NCBI RefSeq assembly: GCF_036321535.1
Contig: NC_087436.1
Coordinates: 32,986,001 to 33,050,000, forward strand
Direction of reading: 5' to 3'
DNA length: 64,000 nucleotides
Origin: Camelus dromedarius
Taxonomy: Eukaryota
Shown here piece by piece: positions 26,001 through 39,049 of this stretch (its first letter is position 1; the number at the start of each line of letters is the position of its first letter). The notes below the pieces were generated by a model, which had not been told where the DNA came from, made no database searches, and saw only the letters and a list, made by a program, of their open reading frames with translations. Made by a program: the position numbers and the translations under genes.

Positions 26001-27549
26001 AAATCATTTCAAATGGGAGCATGTGTCTGTGCAAACTCATACTGCTAATATGTACCAAAAAAGAGGTTTAGTTCACACATGTTTTTTATTGTCACACAGG
26101 GATCCAAATGAGAAAATTAGGCTATAAGACTTGATTAAAGTTACAGTGTATGAGCATTTTTTAAAAAGTGTCCATGAAACAACATTCTTACATTTTCCCT
26201 GGCTTTACTATCCTGTTGGGTAGCAACATGCTCTCTCTATAGCAAACAAGCTTGATGCTGTTAGTGCCACAAGGCTCTTCCCATGTGGAACAGATCTGTC
26301 TCATTTCTCTGAAATGTGTTCTCTTGCATTCCAAAATCCTTCCTATAGTTCCTCTGAAGAAATCATTTCTAATTTGAAAAACTTTGTGGATGGAATCCGT
26401 ATATTGTTCTATTATTTGGTGGGGAAAGAGCTCTCTTCTTTGGATGCTGGATAATAATAGATTTTGTGGGTATGACAGCAATATGGCTAGATTCTCTGTG
26501 AAAATGATTGCTTTCATGCTGTTAAATTTGAAAGAAGAATAATAGCCTTTGTTATTGAAGGAATTGCTTCTTTTCATGAGAAATTCTGATGTATCTAATT
26601 GACTCTGAGAATATTCCCTTTCTGTCCATGCTGAGATTCTGCCTCTAGATCAGATGTTGAAACTGCAGATGTCCACTACACCAGACCAGAAGCATTATTT
26701 TTCAAATACATTTTTACTTTTTAGCTTTCAAAACTGAAGATATGATCACAAATAATGAAAACTCATCTTTGTGTAATAGTTTTAAAGTGGAGAAACATTT
26801 CTGGCTAAGACGGTATTCTACAGTTTGAGCATTTTTTTAAGGGGGATGAGAAGCAGATTGTCATTGATTATTCATAACATGTTCTTAGAGAAGAGTTTAA
26901 TAAGCACAGTGTTCTAGAAAACACAGCTTTGGAAGGGTCACATTGCCTGGCCACATGTTACATATTAAGGAGAATTAATGTGATTGGAGATAATTTCTGC
27001 TATGGTGTTACTGCTGCTTGTTAGTGCAAGAGCTAGAGGGTACGTGAACTAAATGTTCCTTAGTTCACAGGGTGGTGTATGATGCATTTTCTTGGCTCTC
27101 CCCACAAAGTCATAAATTGATTGAAAGAGCTGAAAAAGAAATCCAAAAGAATTTTCAGAGGGCAAGTACTCATTGGGGGCTATTCTTGACCACATGGCTA
27201 CTTGGCTGTGTTATCTGAACAACATCACATAATCTCTAATTGCTTCAGTTACTTCATAGGTCAAGTACAACTCAGTCTGTGTCTACATGGCACTATTGCA
27301 ACTATTTAAAATAAAAGCAGTGTCTCAAAATCAGCTCAACTGATTTTGTTTTTCCCTTGAGTTGACAGTTTTGTTTGGGTGTTGTATAGACAAAGCCTCA
27401 ATAATTAGCAGTAAAACCTCATCCACTTAAACTCTACTGATTCATAGTTTGTGTTATTTTGATCTGGGTGGATCTAAAGTTTATCTTAGTACAATCTGTT
27501 AAAGACAATTAATAAAATTAGTATGCTGATAGTATAAACTTAAGTGAGA

Positions 27550-29410
27550 CTGTAGAGGAGACTGAATCAAGATGGAAAAATGAGCACATGCTCCTGTTTT
27601 CCCCTCCACCTCAAAGCCTTAAGTTAAAGAGAATATTTTAGTATTTAAAAATAATAAATCCATAATAACTTCATGAAGTAAAGAGAATGACTATATTTTA
27701 ACATATGAAATCAGTTGACTGAGGAAACTGTAGCCCTCAAAGTGCACAATAGGATGGTGCAAAATATATGGGGAAATCTCTAAGGGACCTATAAACTTAA
27801 GGACTTTCTATTCGAGGGACACAGGGGTCCCTAAGGAAAGTCACAGCAGTTAATTGGGGTGTCAAACTGACATAATCAGGTGAATTGCTCCACAATTGAT
27901 TCCAGAGTTCTAAGCCACTGATACTTTTTTCCAGAATAGTGAGTGTGAAGATTTGAGTCAGAGAGGAGGGCTGGACCTTGGTAACTTATGATACCCAGGT
28001 AGGGTATAAAGCCTCTATTCCTGTAAAATGACTTGCTGGTACTTCCTGGTTGGGTAGTTTGTCCTGTACTTTCCCATGTTGGAAGAACCGTGGTAAATAT
28101 GTAATCATAAGCATAAAACTGAGAATCACCATGAATTAAAGGCAATGAATTAAATAAACATAATGCCTGATAAAATAGAGCCAATGAAACATGCAAGAAA
28201 AGGCTTTGAAATAAGTATAAATAATATTCCCAGTGGGATGAGAGACTGTATCTTACCTGTGAAACAAGACATCTTGGAGATAAAAAATAATATAATTGAT
28301 AAGTAATTGAATAAATTTAATAGTAGGTTTGTATAACTCAAGCATGAATTAATGAGCTGCAAGTTTAAGCAAAATAATTCTAGAATATAGCATAAATGGG
28401 CAAATAAATGGAATATATGAAAGAAAAGAGATAAGCAGTTTAAGTATCAATGTTATGGAAATTTCTGAGAATTAGAAATAATTAAAGAAATGATAGAAAG
28501 TAATTTCCAGGGATGAAGATAGACAATGAGCCTTCAGATGGCCTGTGAGTGCTGAGCTAGGTGAATGATAAAATACCCATGTACAAATAAATATATTGTA
28601 GTGAAATTTCAAAACTAAGGAAAAAGATACAACTGTAAAGACTCAGAAAGTTAAAAAATATATTTCTTATGAGGAATGGAAATCAGATTAACATTAGACT
28701 ACTTCATTGGCAACATTGGGGACTACAAGGACATGAAGAAATAGTTTCAGAGTTTACAGGGGAAATAATTTTAGGTCCACAATTCTATATATTCCTAAGC
28801 TAATTCACAATTTACAGGGATAGGAATTTGAAATTTATACATTTTTGAGATTTGGAAAGGCCGTAATGTTTACTAAATGCAAGAACATTCTAAAAGAAGT
28901 ACTAAAAAGTTATTAAAGCAAAGTGAAATAAAAAAAAATAAAAGGGAAAGATGTGGAGTACCAGAAATAATGATGGTAAATAATAGTAAATTGCTTATAT
29001 AATGTTAAAACTATAGTCATACTTACTTAAAAAAGGATTTATTTGGCACATACTATTTTTCAGGTACTGTTTTTGGAGCTATACATTGCTAGAATGTTTG
29101 AACATTCATGTTACAAACGTGAGGAGAAATATTGGAAGACTGAACAGAATATACATATCACTCAAATCACCAAAGGAAAAGAATGAAATGAGAAGGTTTA
29201 ATCAACCCAACAACAGCAAGAAAGATACATTAAAGGCAACCAGAGGCATGGTTTACTTAAAAAAAAAAAAAAGAAGGAACAAGACCAAATATATTAAAAT
29301 ATATAGTCATAATCACATTATAGTTATAATCACATTAAAAGATTACATTCTCCCACTAAAAGGTGAGTATTCAGATTACATTAAAAAAAGAGAGATCATG
29401 TTATTTGATT
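27550..29410 (+). mobile_element. Old L1 5' portion (L1ME/HAL1-like): 5' region, decayed ORF1, start of ORF2
   Basis: A-rich ORF1-like text 'aaatcagattaacattagactacttcattggcaacattgg' and ORF2-start-like 'ataatcacattaaaagattacattctcccactaaaagg..tcagatt'. Confidence 0.7.
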
Positions 29411-30785
29411 CATCTGACTTAAACCTTGTATGCTTCCTTCAAGTCTTTCAGCTGTTTCCTTCCCTCTCATTACACCACTCTCCTCAAGTGAAATCATAAC
29501 CACTGCCTTTGTGAAGTTTAGAGAAAGAGTCATATCTCAAAAAGAATTGTAGTGTGGCTTTTGCCAGATGGAGTTAAGTGCATTCTGATAGGTAAAGATC
29601 GAGAGACCAAAACAGTTTTTGAGAGAGCTACCAAGTATCACCCACATACATTAAAAGAGAGAGGGGACAGTTCAAGACTTAAAAGAACTGTCAATCCATT
29701 TATTATTGGGAAAAATGTATAGTACTTCTCAATAAGAATAATTCTCATGGAGATAATCATTTGGAAACTACATTATCATTGTTGATGAGAACTAGGGGAA
29801 CTTGAATTTATATTTTTAGAAATCTATAGAACAGGTACTTCAGATATATTTGAACCAATTGAGAAATTATATTATCAAATGATCCAGCATCATTCCAAGG
29901 AATGTACGCAGATGTATGTCCTTTAGAAGGTGGCATGTACTGTTTTCACAGCTGGCATATGTAAAATTTTGTCAGATACCTTAACAATGTTGTTTCTTCT
30001 CTTCTTTTCTAATATTTGAGCTCTAGGCAAGATATAACATGGAGCTCAAAATCCTGAATGTTTTTGCTCAAAGGAAACCCCTGAAAGCCCAGCATGCTGA
30101 GTTGTGTCTTAGCTTTTGAACTCAGGGGGGAGTCACATGGACAGTGTAGTATGGAAAGACAAATCTATTTTGGGGGAAGGAAGATTTGCCTGAGATTTAG
30201 GAAGCTTTGCTCCTTGGGCTGTGACGTGATAAGAGCTGGGTCATCTTTGGAAAGATTTCTTATGAAATCAGCCAATCATGTACTACTCAGCTCTGTGCTG
30301 GGAGCTGTAGGGTGTACAGAAGCATGAGACTTCTTGGACTCCATCTCTAAATAGCTTCCAATAGAGATGAGATGTTAAAATAATAAATATTTATGCAAAC
30401 TATGGTGAAATTCTGTGTCAAAGTAAGCAAATATGCTATAAAAATTCAGAGAAGAGTACAGTGAAGGCTTGGAAGTGAAGTGAGGTGTCCAGGTAACCTC
30501 GAATAAACCATAATGTTCTAAGATATGGGAAGATCCTGGGCACTGATAGGGAGGTGGGAAAGAGCCTGCTTTGTGAAAAAGTGAGCAGACCAGGGTAACT
30601 AGAACAGATGGCTGGGAACCTAGGAAATTCATCTGGATAGGATGTCTTGAGAGTCACGTAAGGTTTCAGAATTGAAACAGAGGACCTTGAGGAGGTGGGG
30701 TGGAGTGAAAAGTGCAGTGGTGTTGACCATCCACAAAAATAAGCTCAAAATGGCTTAAAGACTTAAATATAAAACAGGCACTATA

Positions 30786-30930
30786 TTTAATTTCTTGTAC
30801 TAACATATAATGGAAAAGAAGCTGAAAAAGTGTATATGTATGTATATGTATAACTGAATCACTTTGCTGTACACTTGAAACTAACATTGTAAATCAACTG
30901 CACTTCAATAAAAAACAAAATTAAAAAAAA
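30786..30930 (+). mobile_element. Nested L1 3' end fragment with A-tail
   Basis: 'tataactgaatcactttgctgtacacttgaaactaacattgtaaatcaactgcacttcaataaaaaa' interrupts host ORF2 between 'acttaaatat' and 'caagacactataaacctcctagaagaaaac'. Confidence 0.88.
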
Positions 30931-31529
30931 GGCAAGACACTATAAACCTCCTAGAAGAAAACATAGGCAAAACATTCTCTGATGTAAGTCTTAGCAATGT
31001 TCTCCTGGGGCAGTCTATCAAAGCAATAGAAATAAAAGCAAAAATAAATAAATGGGACCTAATTAAACTGATAAGCTTTTGCACAACAAAAGAAACTATA
31101 AACAAAATGAAAGACAACCTACAGAATGGGAGAAAATATTTGCAAATGATGAGAATGACAAGGGCTTAATTTCCAGAACATAAAACAGCTCGTACAACTT
31201 AATAACAAATAAACAAACAACCCAATCCAAAAATGGGCAGAAGACCTAAGCAGATATTTCTCCAGTGATGCCATACAAATGGCCAATAGGCACATGAAAA
31301 AATGCTCAATATCCTTAATTATCTGAGAAATGAAAATCAAAACTACAGTGAAGTATCACCTCACACCAGTCAGAACAGCCATCATTAAAAAGTCCACAAA
31401 AAATAAATGCTAGAGAGGATGTAAAGAAAAGAGAACCCTCCTACACTGTTGGTGGGAATGTAAATTGGTGCAGCTAATATGGAAAACAGTATGGAGATTC
31501 CTTAAAAAACTAAAAATAGACTTATGTGA

Positions 31530-31560
31530 TACACACACACACACACACACACACATACAC
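31530..31560. repeat. (CA)n microsatellite inside the L1 3' UTR
   Basis: Direct reading. Confidence 0.95.
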
Positions 31561-32004
31561 AACTGAATTATTGTGCTGTACACCAGAAAATTAACACAAA
31601 ATTGTAAACTGACTGTAATTCAATTAGAAAAAAAAGTGCAATGGTGTTGAAGGCAAGAAGCCTAGGATCAAATTTTTGTTCTGCTTCCAAGTAGCTTAAT
31701 ATATAGGAATATGAAATCTTTATTGTCATGGATATCAAGACTAGTGATAAACACATATTTTAAAATAATACGTTCTTGGACAATTACGTATTTAAACTTA
31801 TGATGAAATCTAAGGGACAAAAAGGTGAGTTGGAGGCACAATGAGCAGAAAAGGGCAGTGTGAGGCTGAGGAGGTAAGTCTTAGGCATGAGTCATGTTTT
31901 CTATGATGGATTTCATACCAAGAGTCATGGAAAGGGCATTTTCTTAAGTTAGCAGTGGGTGTCTGATAAGGCTTTCATTTTGTTGCTGTGGTTGTTGTTA
32001 AAAT

Positions 32005-33228
32005 GTTATTCTTTTAGAGAAGCTTTAGCAAAATTCAGCAGAAGTTACAGGGATTTCCCATGTATGCGCTGACCCACACGTGCATAGCCTCCCCTACTCT
32101 CAACATCCCCTACCAGAGTAGTACGTTTGTTATAATTGGTGAACCTACACTGACACATTATAATCACCCTAAGTCCGTAGTTTACATTAAGATTCACTCT
32201 TGATGTTGTGTGCTCTGTGGGTTTGGGCAAATGTATAATGACATGTATCCATCATTATAGTATCATACAGAGTATTTTCACTACCCTAAAATTCTCTAAG
32301 TTCTTCGTGTTCTTTTCCCCCCATCCCCACCCCCTGACGACCACTGATATTTTTACTGTCTCTATAGTTTTGCCTTTTCCAGAATGTCATATAGTTGTAA
32401 TCATACAATATGCAGCCTTTTCAGATTGGCCTCTTCCACTCAGTAATGTACATTTAAAATATCTCCGTGTTTTTTCGTGGCTTGATAGCTTATTTCTTTT
32501 TAACGCTGAAAAATATTCCCTCATCTGGATGTACCACAGTTTATCCATTCACCTACTGAAGGACATCTTGACTGCCTCCAAATTTTGACAGTTATGAATA
32601 AAGCTGCTATGAACATCCATGGGTAGGTTTTTGAGTGAATATGTTTTCAACTCCTTTGAATAAATACCAGGGAGCTGGATTATGTATTAAGTGTATGTTT
32701 AGTTTTATAAGACACTGCCAAACTAATTTCCAAAGTATTTGTACTGTTTTTCATTCCCACCAGCAGTGAGTGAGAGTTCCTATTGCCTCCTGTCTTCCCC
32801 AGCATCTGGTGTTAGTGTTTTGGATTTTGATCATTCTCTTAGTTGTGTGGTGGTATCTCATTGTTGTTTTAATTTGCGTTTCCCTGATGACAGGTGATGA
32901 GGAGTACCTTTTTATATGCTTATCTGCTATCTGTATATCTTCTTTGGTGAGGTGTCTGTTCAGGTTTTTGGCCCATATTTAAGCCAGGTTCTTTGTTTCA
33001 TTATTGTTGAATTTTAAGAGTTTCTTTTGAATTTTTATGAGTTATTTGGGATAAGAGTCTTTTATAAGATGTGTCTTCTGCAAAATATTTTCTCCCAGTC
33101 TGTGTCTTGTTTTCTTTTCTTTTTTTCTTTTTTTTTTTTTTGGCAGTGTCTTTTGCAGAACAGAAGTTTTAAATTTTAATTAAGTCTATCTTATCAATTT
33201 TTTCTTTCATGATTATGTTTTTAGTGTT
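32005..33228 (-). mobile_element. L1MC1-like 3' end, inserted in an L2 remnant
   Basis: 'gaacctacactgacacattataatcaccctaagtccgtagtttacattaagattcactcttgatgttgtg' matches the recalled L1MC1 3' UTR; L2-like text resumes at 'ggtttgcatttttgaaagagcactctggttgc'. Confidence 0.88.
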
Positions 33229-36201
33229 TATTAGGTTTGCATTTTTGAAAGAGCACTCTGGTTGCAATGTGAAGAAAAGTTTGGAGAGAGATACAACTGG
33301 ATACGGGAGGAGTGGTTGGAGTGCTGCTCTAGGTATAAAGGGGGTTACACAGAAAGGCAGGGGACAGCACCTACTTGGTCCTACTTTCCTGTGACCAAGG
33401 AGAGTATGACTTAATCTGCAGGCCACTAAGGAAATGTCATATTTTCTTATGGACACATTGAGTACAAAAGGCATCTTGACAATATTTTGGGGAAAACTCC
33501 TCTTTTATGGTAATCAGGTAATTGCCTACGTGAATCACTGTGTTCCTGTTCTCCTCTCCAGATGCTTCAGCAAACAAACAGAAACTCTTGTGACTCAGTC
33601 TTTTCTGTCTCTCTCTTTATTTCCTTGGAATAATGTCATTTTTCTAAAATATACCAAAACTTAAACATGCTGGTACGAATAAAGAAATAAAGAAGCAGAC
33701 TTCCAAAGGAGGATTAAGAGTCACAGTAAATCTCACATTTTAAAAATAGGAGTTCATTATCTTCAAACATGCTCTGCCTTCCTCACACGTTGCACCAGGC
33801 AGTGCCATGCCAGGTTGTCCCATCACACGTGCTCCAGCCTCGGTGGACACACACCAGACACACATGACTTTTGCATCATGGAGTAATCCGAGAGGCCCAT
33901 GAGGTCATTTTGAGCATTCTGCTGCATTGTTCTTTACCACAGACCTCTAAGCTCATGCCCTAGTTGGGATTTAAATAGTTCTTGCTAAATAGCTCTTCCC
34001 TACATCTTTCAGGCTCACTCTTTAACCTAATTGAGGTTTGTAAAATCTCTTTTATTTTTTTTCCCATTCTTCATTCTTTTGAGTTTCTTCTTTTTCAGTT
34101 TTCTTTTTTCTCTTCTCATGTGGAATTTAATCTCATCATTTTGTATCTGGCATGTCTGAAGCTTAGGCAATAACAAGCCATTCATATTTTCAGCAAACAT
34201 GTCCAGGGAGTTTGCCTTTGAAATGTTCCATTCGCTAGGTGGTCGTAGAATCTGGTCATTGGATTGGTATATTACACCAGGTCATCCATCGGGGCCAGCT
34301 GGAAGCCTTCTGTGTCCCTGCTGACCACTTGCACATCCAGAACAAGACTACCCAGTCCTACTCAGTCACATTCTTCCCGTTGCAAATGCATTCCCTGGAA
34401 CTGCTCTTTGGAAGACTATTCTATGGTGGGAAGCCAAACTAAAGCTCCTCATCAAGTGGGGTCCACTTCTCTATTTTCATGTAAGTGTAAAACACCTCAC
34501 ACTTCAAAAATCTGCAGCTTCATCCTGCCCAACTTGATTTGCTTGGGCAATTTTTATATTAGAACCAAAAGAGATCTCTCTTGGAATAAAAATTCACCAG
34601 TGTGTGTGTGTGCTAAAAAGAGCTTTGGTATGATGTTTATTGGTTTGTAAATCTGCCAGAATGTAAAGAGTGATATGCTCCTTTCATATTGACTACTATT
34701 TCCATCCTTAATAGAAAAAAAGATGCCAGTTCTGCATTTAATGTTGGTGGATTATGTCACACTGTATTTTGATATATTTATCTTTTACATGTTGATATCA
34801 TCATCTTATGAAACCAACATGGACATCCAATTTTTGTGTATTCCTGAAAATTATCTTTTGGTCAGCCACTGACTCTTCAAAAATATTCTCTGCAGTGAAG
34901 TGTTTTGAGGTCAAACATTTTAAAAAGACATGGAAACCAGAGCTTTGATTTTAGAACAATCATGGCTCGTTTTTCTCTCTTTTAAAGCTAGAAATTCCTA
35001 GTTGAGCTTACACTTAGATATCTGGTTCTATGGTATTTTGAGATATCAAAATACCTGAGTTTTTTTCCTCTCTGCATTGTTCCCCTTCATCCCATGACCT
35101 CCTCCCGCCTGTGGATAGTGGTTGTGTAATGCCTAACCTCAGGGAAGCCTGTGGTAGAACAAACAATGGAAATAATCTGCAAGTCTTAAGGGCTTAATGC
35201 ATGGTAAATACTGGCTATGAAATAATTATCTTAAAGAATCAGGAGATGGGAAGGAATTCCCTCTTCTATACCATTTGTATTTCTTTAGAGAAGGAGAAAG
35301 GAGGAGGTTTATGGCCCCGAGAACACAGTGGACCTGCCCAGATTTTTGGCAGCATATTGGCTAGATCTTAGGGAGCAGAGGCTTCGAGGGGCATCTAGGT
35401 TGGCAGGAGTGTAGGCAACCTTGCGAAAGTTTTCCAAACCTGATAGAAATCATCAGAGGGTTGTTGGATATGAAGAGGCCAGCTGAGAGGGTCACTAGAT
35501 ATCTCGGTGATAATTTGTGTGCAGCAGACCCACTAATTTGCTTAATGGTTAACGATAGTTAACCATGGCTTCCCAACCCCTTGGTGCTGTCTGTAGCACT
35601 TCTAAATTTTGGCACGGGCCATAAATTTCCCACAGACTCATGGAGATGACAGCTTGAATGAAAATTAAGTTGCTTGTAAAAGTATTGATTATTTCTCAGA
35701 TGCTTCAGTTTGAGGCCTGATACTTATTATCTCTGCATATGTTCTCTTAAGTCACTACTCACGTAAGAATTAGATTAAATCTTATAAAATGCACATCTCA
35801 GAGCCTTAAAGAACATCACTCTCTGGGACATACTGCAGATGTGTCCTCTACACATTAGGTGCTTAGGTATTTTTGTCCTCTTTAGGAGAAAATAGGAAAG
35901 AAAGTCACTTTTCCTTCTTTTCCTGAATAACTTCCCTACAGTCTGGCCATAGGCAACCTAGAACGGAAGCAGCTCCCATCGCAGGAGTCATCAACCTTGG
36001 AGTGTCTTGGGTCTTTAGAAGAAAGGAAAAGCAGGCATCATTTCTAGGCCACTTTGGCTTCTGGCATTCTGGGTATGTCATCAGGATAAATGAGAAATAG
36101 AATTGGTTTTTAAGGAAATCATTCTCGTCCATACATTCGCCAAGAGAATCCATGATTTCCTGATTATTTTGGATGAACTGGCATTTCAATGTGTACTTTC
36201 C

Positions 36202-36224
36202 TATATATATATATATATATATAT
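36202..36224. repeat. (TA)n microsatellite
   Basis: Direct reading. Confidence 0.95.
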
Positions 36225-36920
36225 GTTTTTTTTTTCTTAAAAGTTGAAAAGTGTGTATGTATGTACATGACATAGCATTTTCTTTCTGGCTCTTCCCTAT
36301 TTAGCTTCAATGCAAATAGAAAGCATAAGGGAAAATAAAGATGATTGAGAGAGACAGAAATTATTGGCTTCTCTTCTTTCCCGCACTTAGAGTACTGACA
36401 AAATGTGTACAGTTTTAGACAGGTGAGATGTTTACAGCAGAGTATTTTACTATGGGACTGAGACTTTACTATGCCAAGTCTAAATCTGGGCAATTTTTAT
36501 CTACTGGTTGACAACTTATGTTTGAATCTGACTACCAATTCACATTGCACAGTAAGCCTTACCAACAAAGGTCTTCTCCCCAGAACCATCTTCTTAAGAG
36601 CTGTGTTCACATAAATTAGAGAATAAAGGACTGTTTTGGGCAAATTTCTGTTGGATGACATGAAAAATTATCAGCAAGTCCTTGAGGGAGGCTTGGCAGT
36701 AGCCTTATACTTTAGCCCTATGTTATTGTGGTTATCAGTGTCAACCTTTTCCTGACTACATATATATGCACATGTGTACTCACACATACACATTTGTATC
36801 TGGTGTAGGAAATCCCTCAAAAGAAATATAAAATAATTACAGAGCCTAGGGATGAACTGTTACTCAAGGGTGAAAAAAAACCTAGAAGAGAAAATGAAAT
36901 AGGATCCTTCAAAAGGAGGG

Positions 36921-37101
36921 AGGGCTACGATTACGATTGTTATGATGATGAGATTTACCAAATAAACATACAGGTTTCCCAGTTAAATGTGAATTGCAGA
37001 AAATTTCCAAATATTGCATGGAACATACCTATATTAAAAAGTATTCACTGCTTATCTGCAGTTCAGATAAATGGATACCTGTATTTTATCTGAAAACCCT
37101 A
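36921..37101. mobile_element. MER53 (palindromic hAT-type MITE), internally deleted
   Basis: 'agatttaccaaataaacatacaggtttcccagttaaatgtgaattgcaga...ccaaatattgcatggaacatacctata...acctgtattttatctgaaaaccct'; inverted arms visible (atacaggt / acctgtat). Confidence 0.85.
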
Positions 37102-37509
37102 GTACCAATAGGCATGCTTTGTGGATCATTTCCTCTTGGAAGGCAGAGGGTAAGTGGTTCCCTCTGGAAAGTCAGATGCACGGTTTGGAAGGTGTGTGAC
37201 AGTCTTAGGATAAATTCAAGAAAATACCGTCATCAGCCTGGGGAGGAGTGTGGATGAGGCCTAGTGTCCTAGTGTTTCCTGGGGTGAAGGAGTTCCTCTG
37301 GATTCTCATGAGACCTAAATAAGTCAGTAGGTTGGAAAGCAGAAAAACAGGAGCTGGTTCTTAGAAATGACTTTTCTAGAAAAGAAGGAAGATAACAGCC
37401 ACAACCAAAAGGCAAAGAGTTTGGAGAGTGATAACCTGATGTACAAGAATGAAGCAGAAATAGTCAGAATGCCCAGGTTGTTTACTGAGTCCTCTGCTCT
37501 CTGTTGCAG

Positions 37510-37565
37510 GTACTGTCCTGGAGAAACACAGGAGATTTGGATGGAACTGGATTTCCCAAAAAGTG
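37510..37565 (+). other. Candidate 56 nt spliced exon of an unidentified transcript
   Basis: Acceptor 'tttactgagtcctctgctctctgttgcag|G' and donor 'GTG|gtaagt'; both near consensus; no recognised protein match. Confidence 0.4.
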
Positions 37566-39049
37566 GTAAGTAAGAGTGAATGAAAGAAAAGCTGGGTTTA
37601 CCTTCTTTCTTTTCTTTTTCTTGATTTAATGATTTTCTTTGCATTAATGTATATTTATATTTCACATGTACTCATCTAGTAAAAAAGTAGTATAAATTTG
37701 GCTTTTAGCTTGGTGGTTTAAGAAAGTAGTAACTGTAAGATAAGTGAGTGAAAAAATGCAGTATGCATTTTTATTGGAGTGTAGGCCAATGTTTTGATCA
37801 TTTTTATTTCTTAGTTTTTTCTTGTTCTCTTACTCTGGGTTCTGCTAACATATAATCCATAGTAATTAAGTTAAATTTTCTTTTGATGTTGATCTTCATC
37901 AGCTCTTAGTTTAAATTCCAAACACTTCACATGCCACAGGTTCTTGTTTTGATCCATGAGTGCAATCAACATTTCATATTCCCCTTCATGTGCTTGCTGT
38001 TAGTAAGCCGCTAGGTTCTGCTCTCAATTACCACAGGTATGATAAGTGTATGTATAGCAGAAATTTGCTGATTTGTAACTTAAAAGCCTGGAAAACAATG
38101 GGCTTAAATTAATTGGGTATCTGGTATTTTTTAAATTGTAAAATAATCAAACATAACTAAGTTGAGAAAGAATAATTATTGTACTTTATATCATGCACAA
38201 TTTTATGTGAACAGAGAATTTAATGGCTTACATGTATGTTTAGGCACTGGTTATAGGTCAGTATGCCAAAAGTCAATTCATTGAATGATCAACTCACTGA
38301 ATTACAGAAGAATTTCTTAGAATTGTAGTTTTTCCTGGGTCCCTGCTCTTAGCCTTGCCTCTACATTATTTGCAAATGCGTGTTTTCCCTTAAATACAAT
38401 TTGCTGAGTTCTCTATTATGTAGACAGGTTTGTCTTGCCTCTGGTGGCAAATGGTTAAAGCAAACATTTAGATGAAAGTATTAGGTTAAAACTTATTTTG
38501 GGCCTTTGGGACTGAGTTATGCTAAACAGAGAACCAGAAAAGAACATCGGACTGATGAGGAAGCCTGGAATCTGGCTTTGCCATTAAGGAGCTGTGTGAC
38601 GTTGAACAACCAACATATCTTCTAAAGCCTCAGGTTTCCTAATCTCAACATATTATCAAGTGTCTCAACTGAGAAATGGATCTATGGGAAACAAAGAAGT
38701 GGACTTGAATTTTGCATAAAACTGAACATAGCTTGTGGTCCCCTTTACCTTTGGAGCAGTGTGCTACTCACGTAAATAGTACCAGGTTGTGTGTCCTGAT
38801 GGATGGAGGATCAAGACCATGGTTCTCAGAGCACTTCCAGTCTGGATGTTCTATACTTCCGTGGTCTTCTAGGCACACCAGAACTGCTGTTTTTGGTGTG
38901 AGTTCTTTGTGTGCTTTGAGGTTGTTTTCACTCAGTGGTTTTCCAGGAGACTTACAATGCAGATTTGGATAATGTGCTTCAGCTAAATGGGGTGTAAAAA
39001 TAAGATACTTAGAACAATTTTAATAATAATGAACTTTTGCATGTGCATC

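Larger units (their letters stand above)
30727..31631 (+). mobile_element. 5'-truncated L1 with A-tail and 19 bp target-site duplication, inserted in a MIR
   Basis: L1 ORF2 3' text; TSD aaaagtgca(g/a)tggtgttga at 30708-30726 and 31632-31650. Confidence 0.93.

Noticed and set aside
31964..33246. Possible TSD around the L1MC1-like element ('ataaggctttcattt' / 'attaggtttgcattt')
   Set aside because: Too degenerate to assert, although plausible for an element of this age.
35545..35566. Perfect hairpin ATGGTTAAC-GATA-GTTAACCAT
   Set aside because: A 9 bp AT-rich stem is expected by chance in 64 kb, and nothing else supports it.
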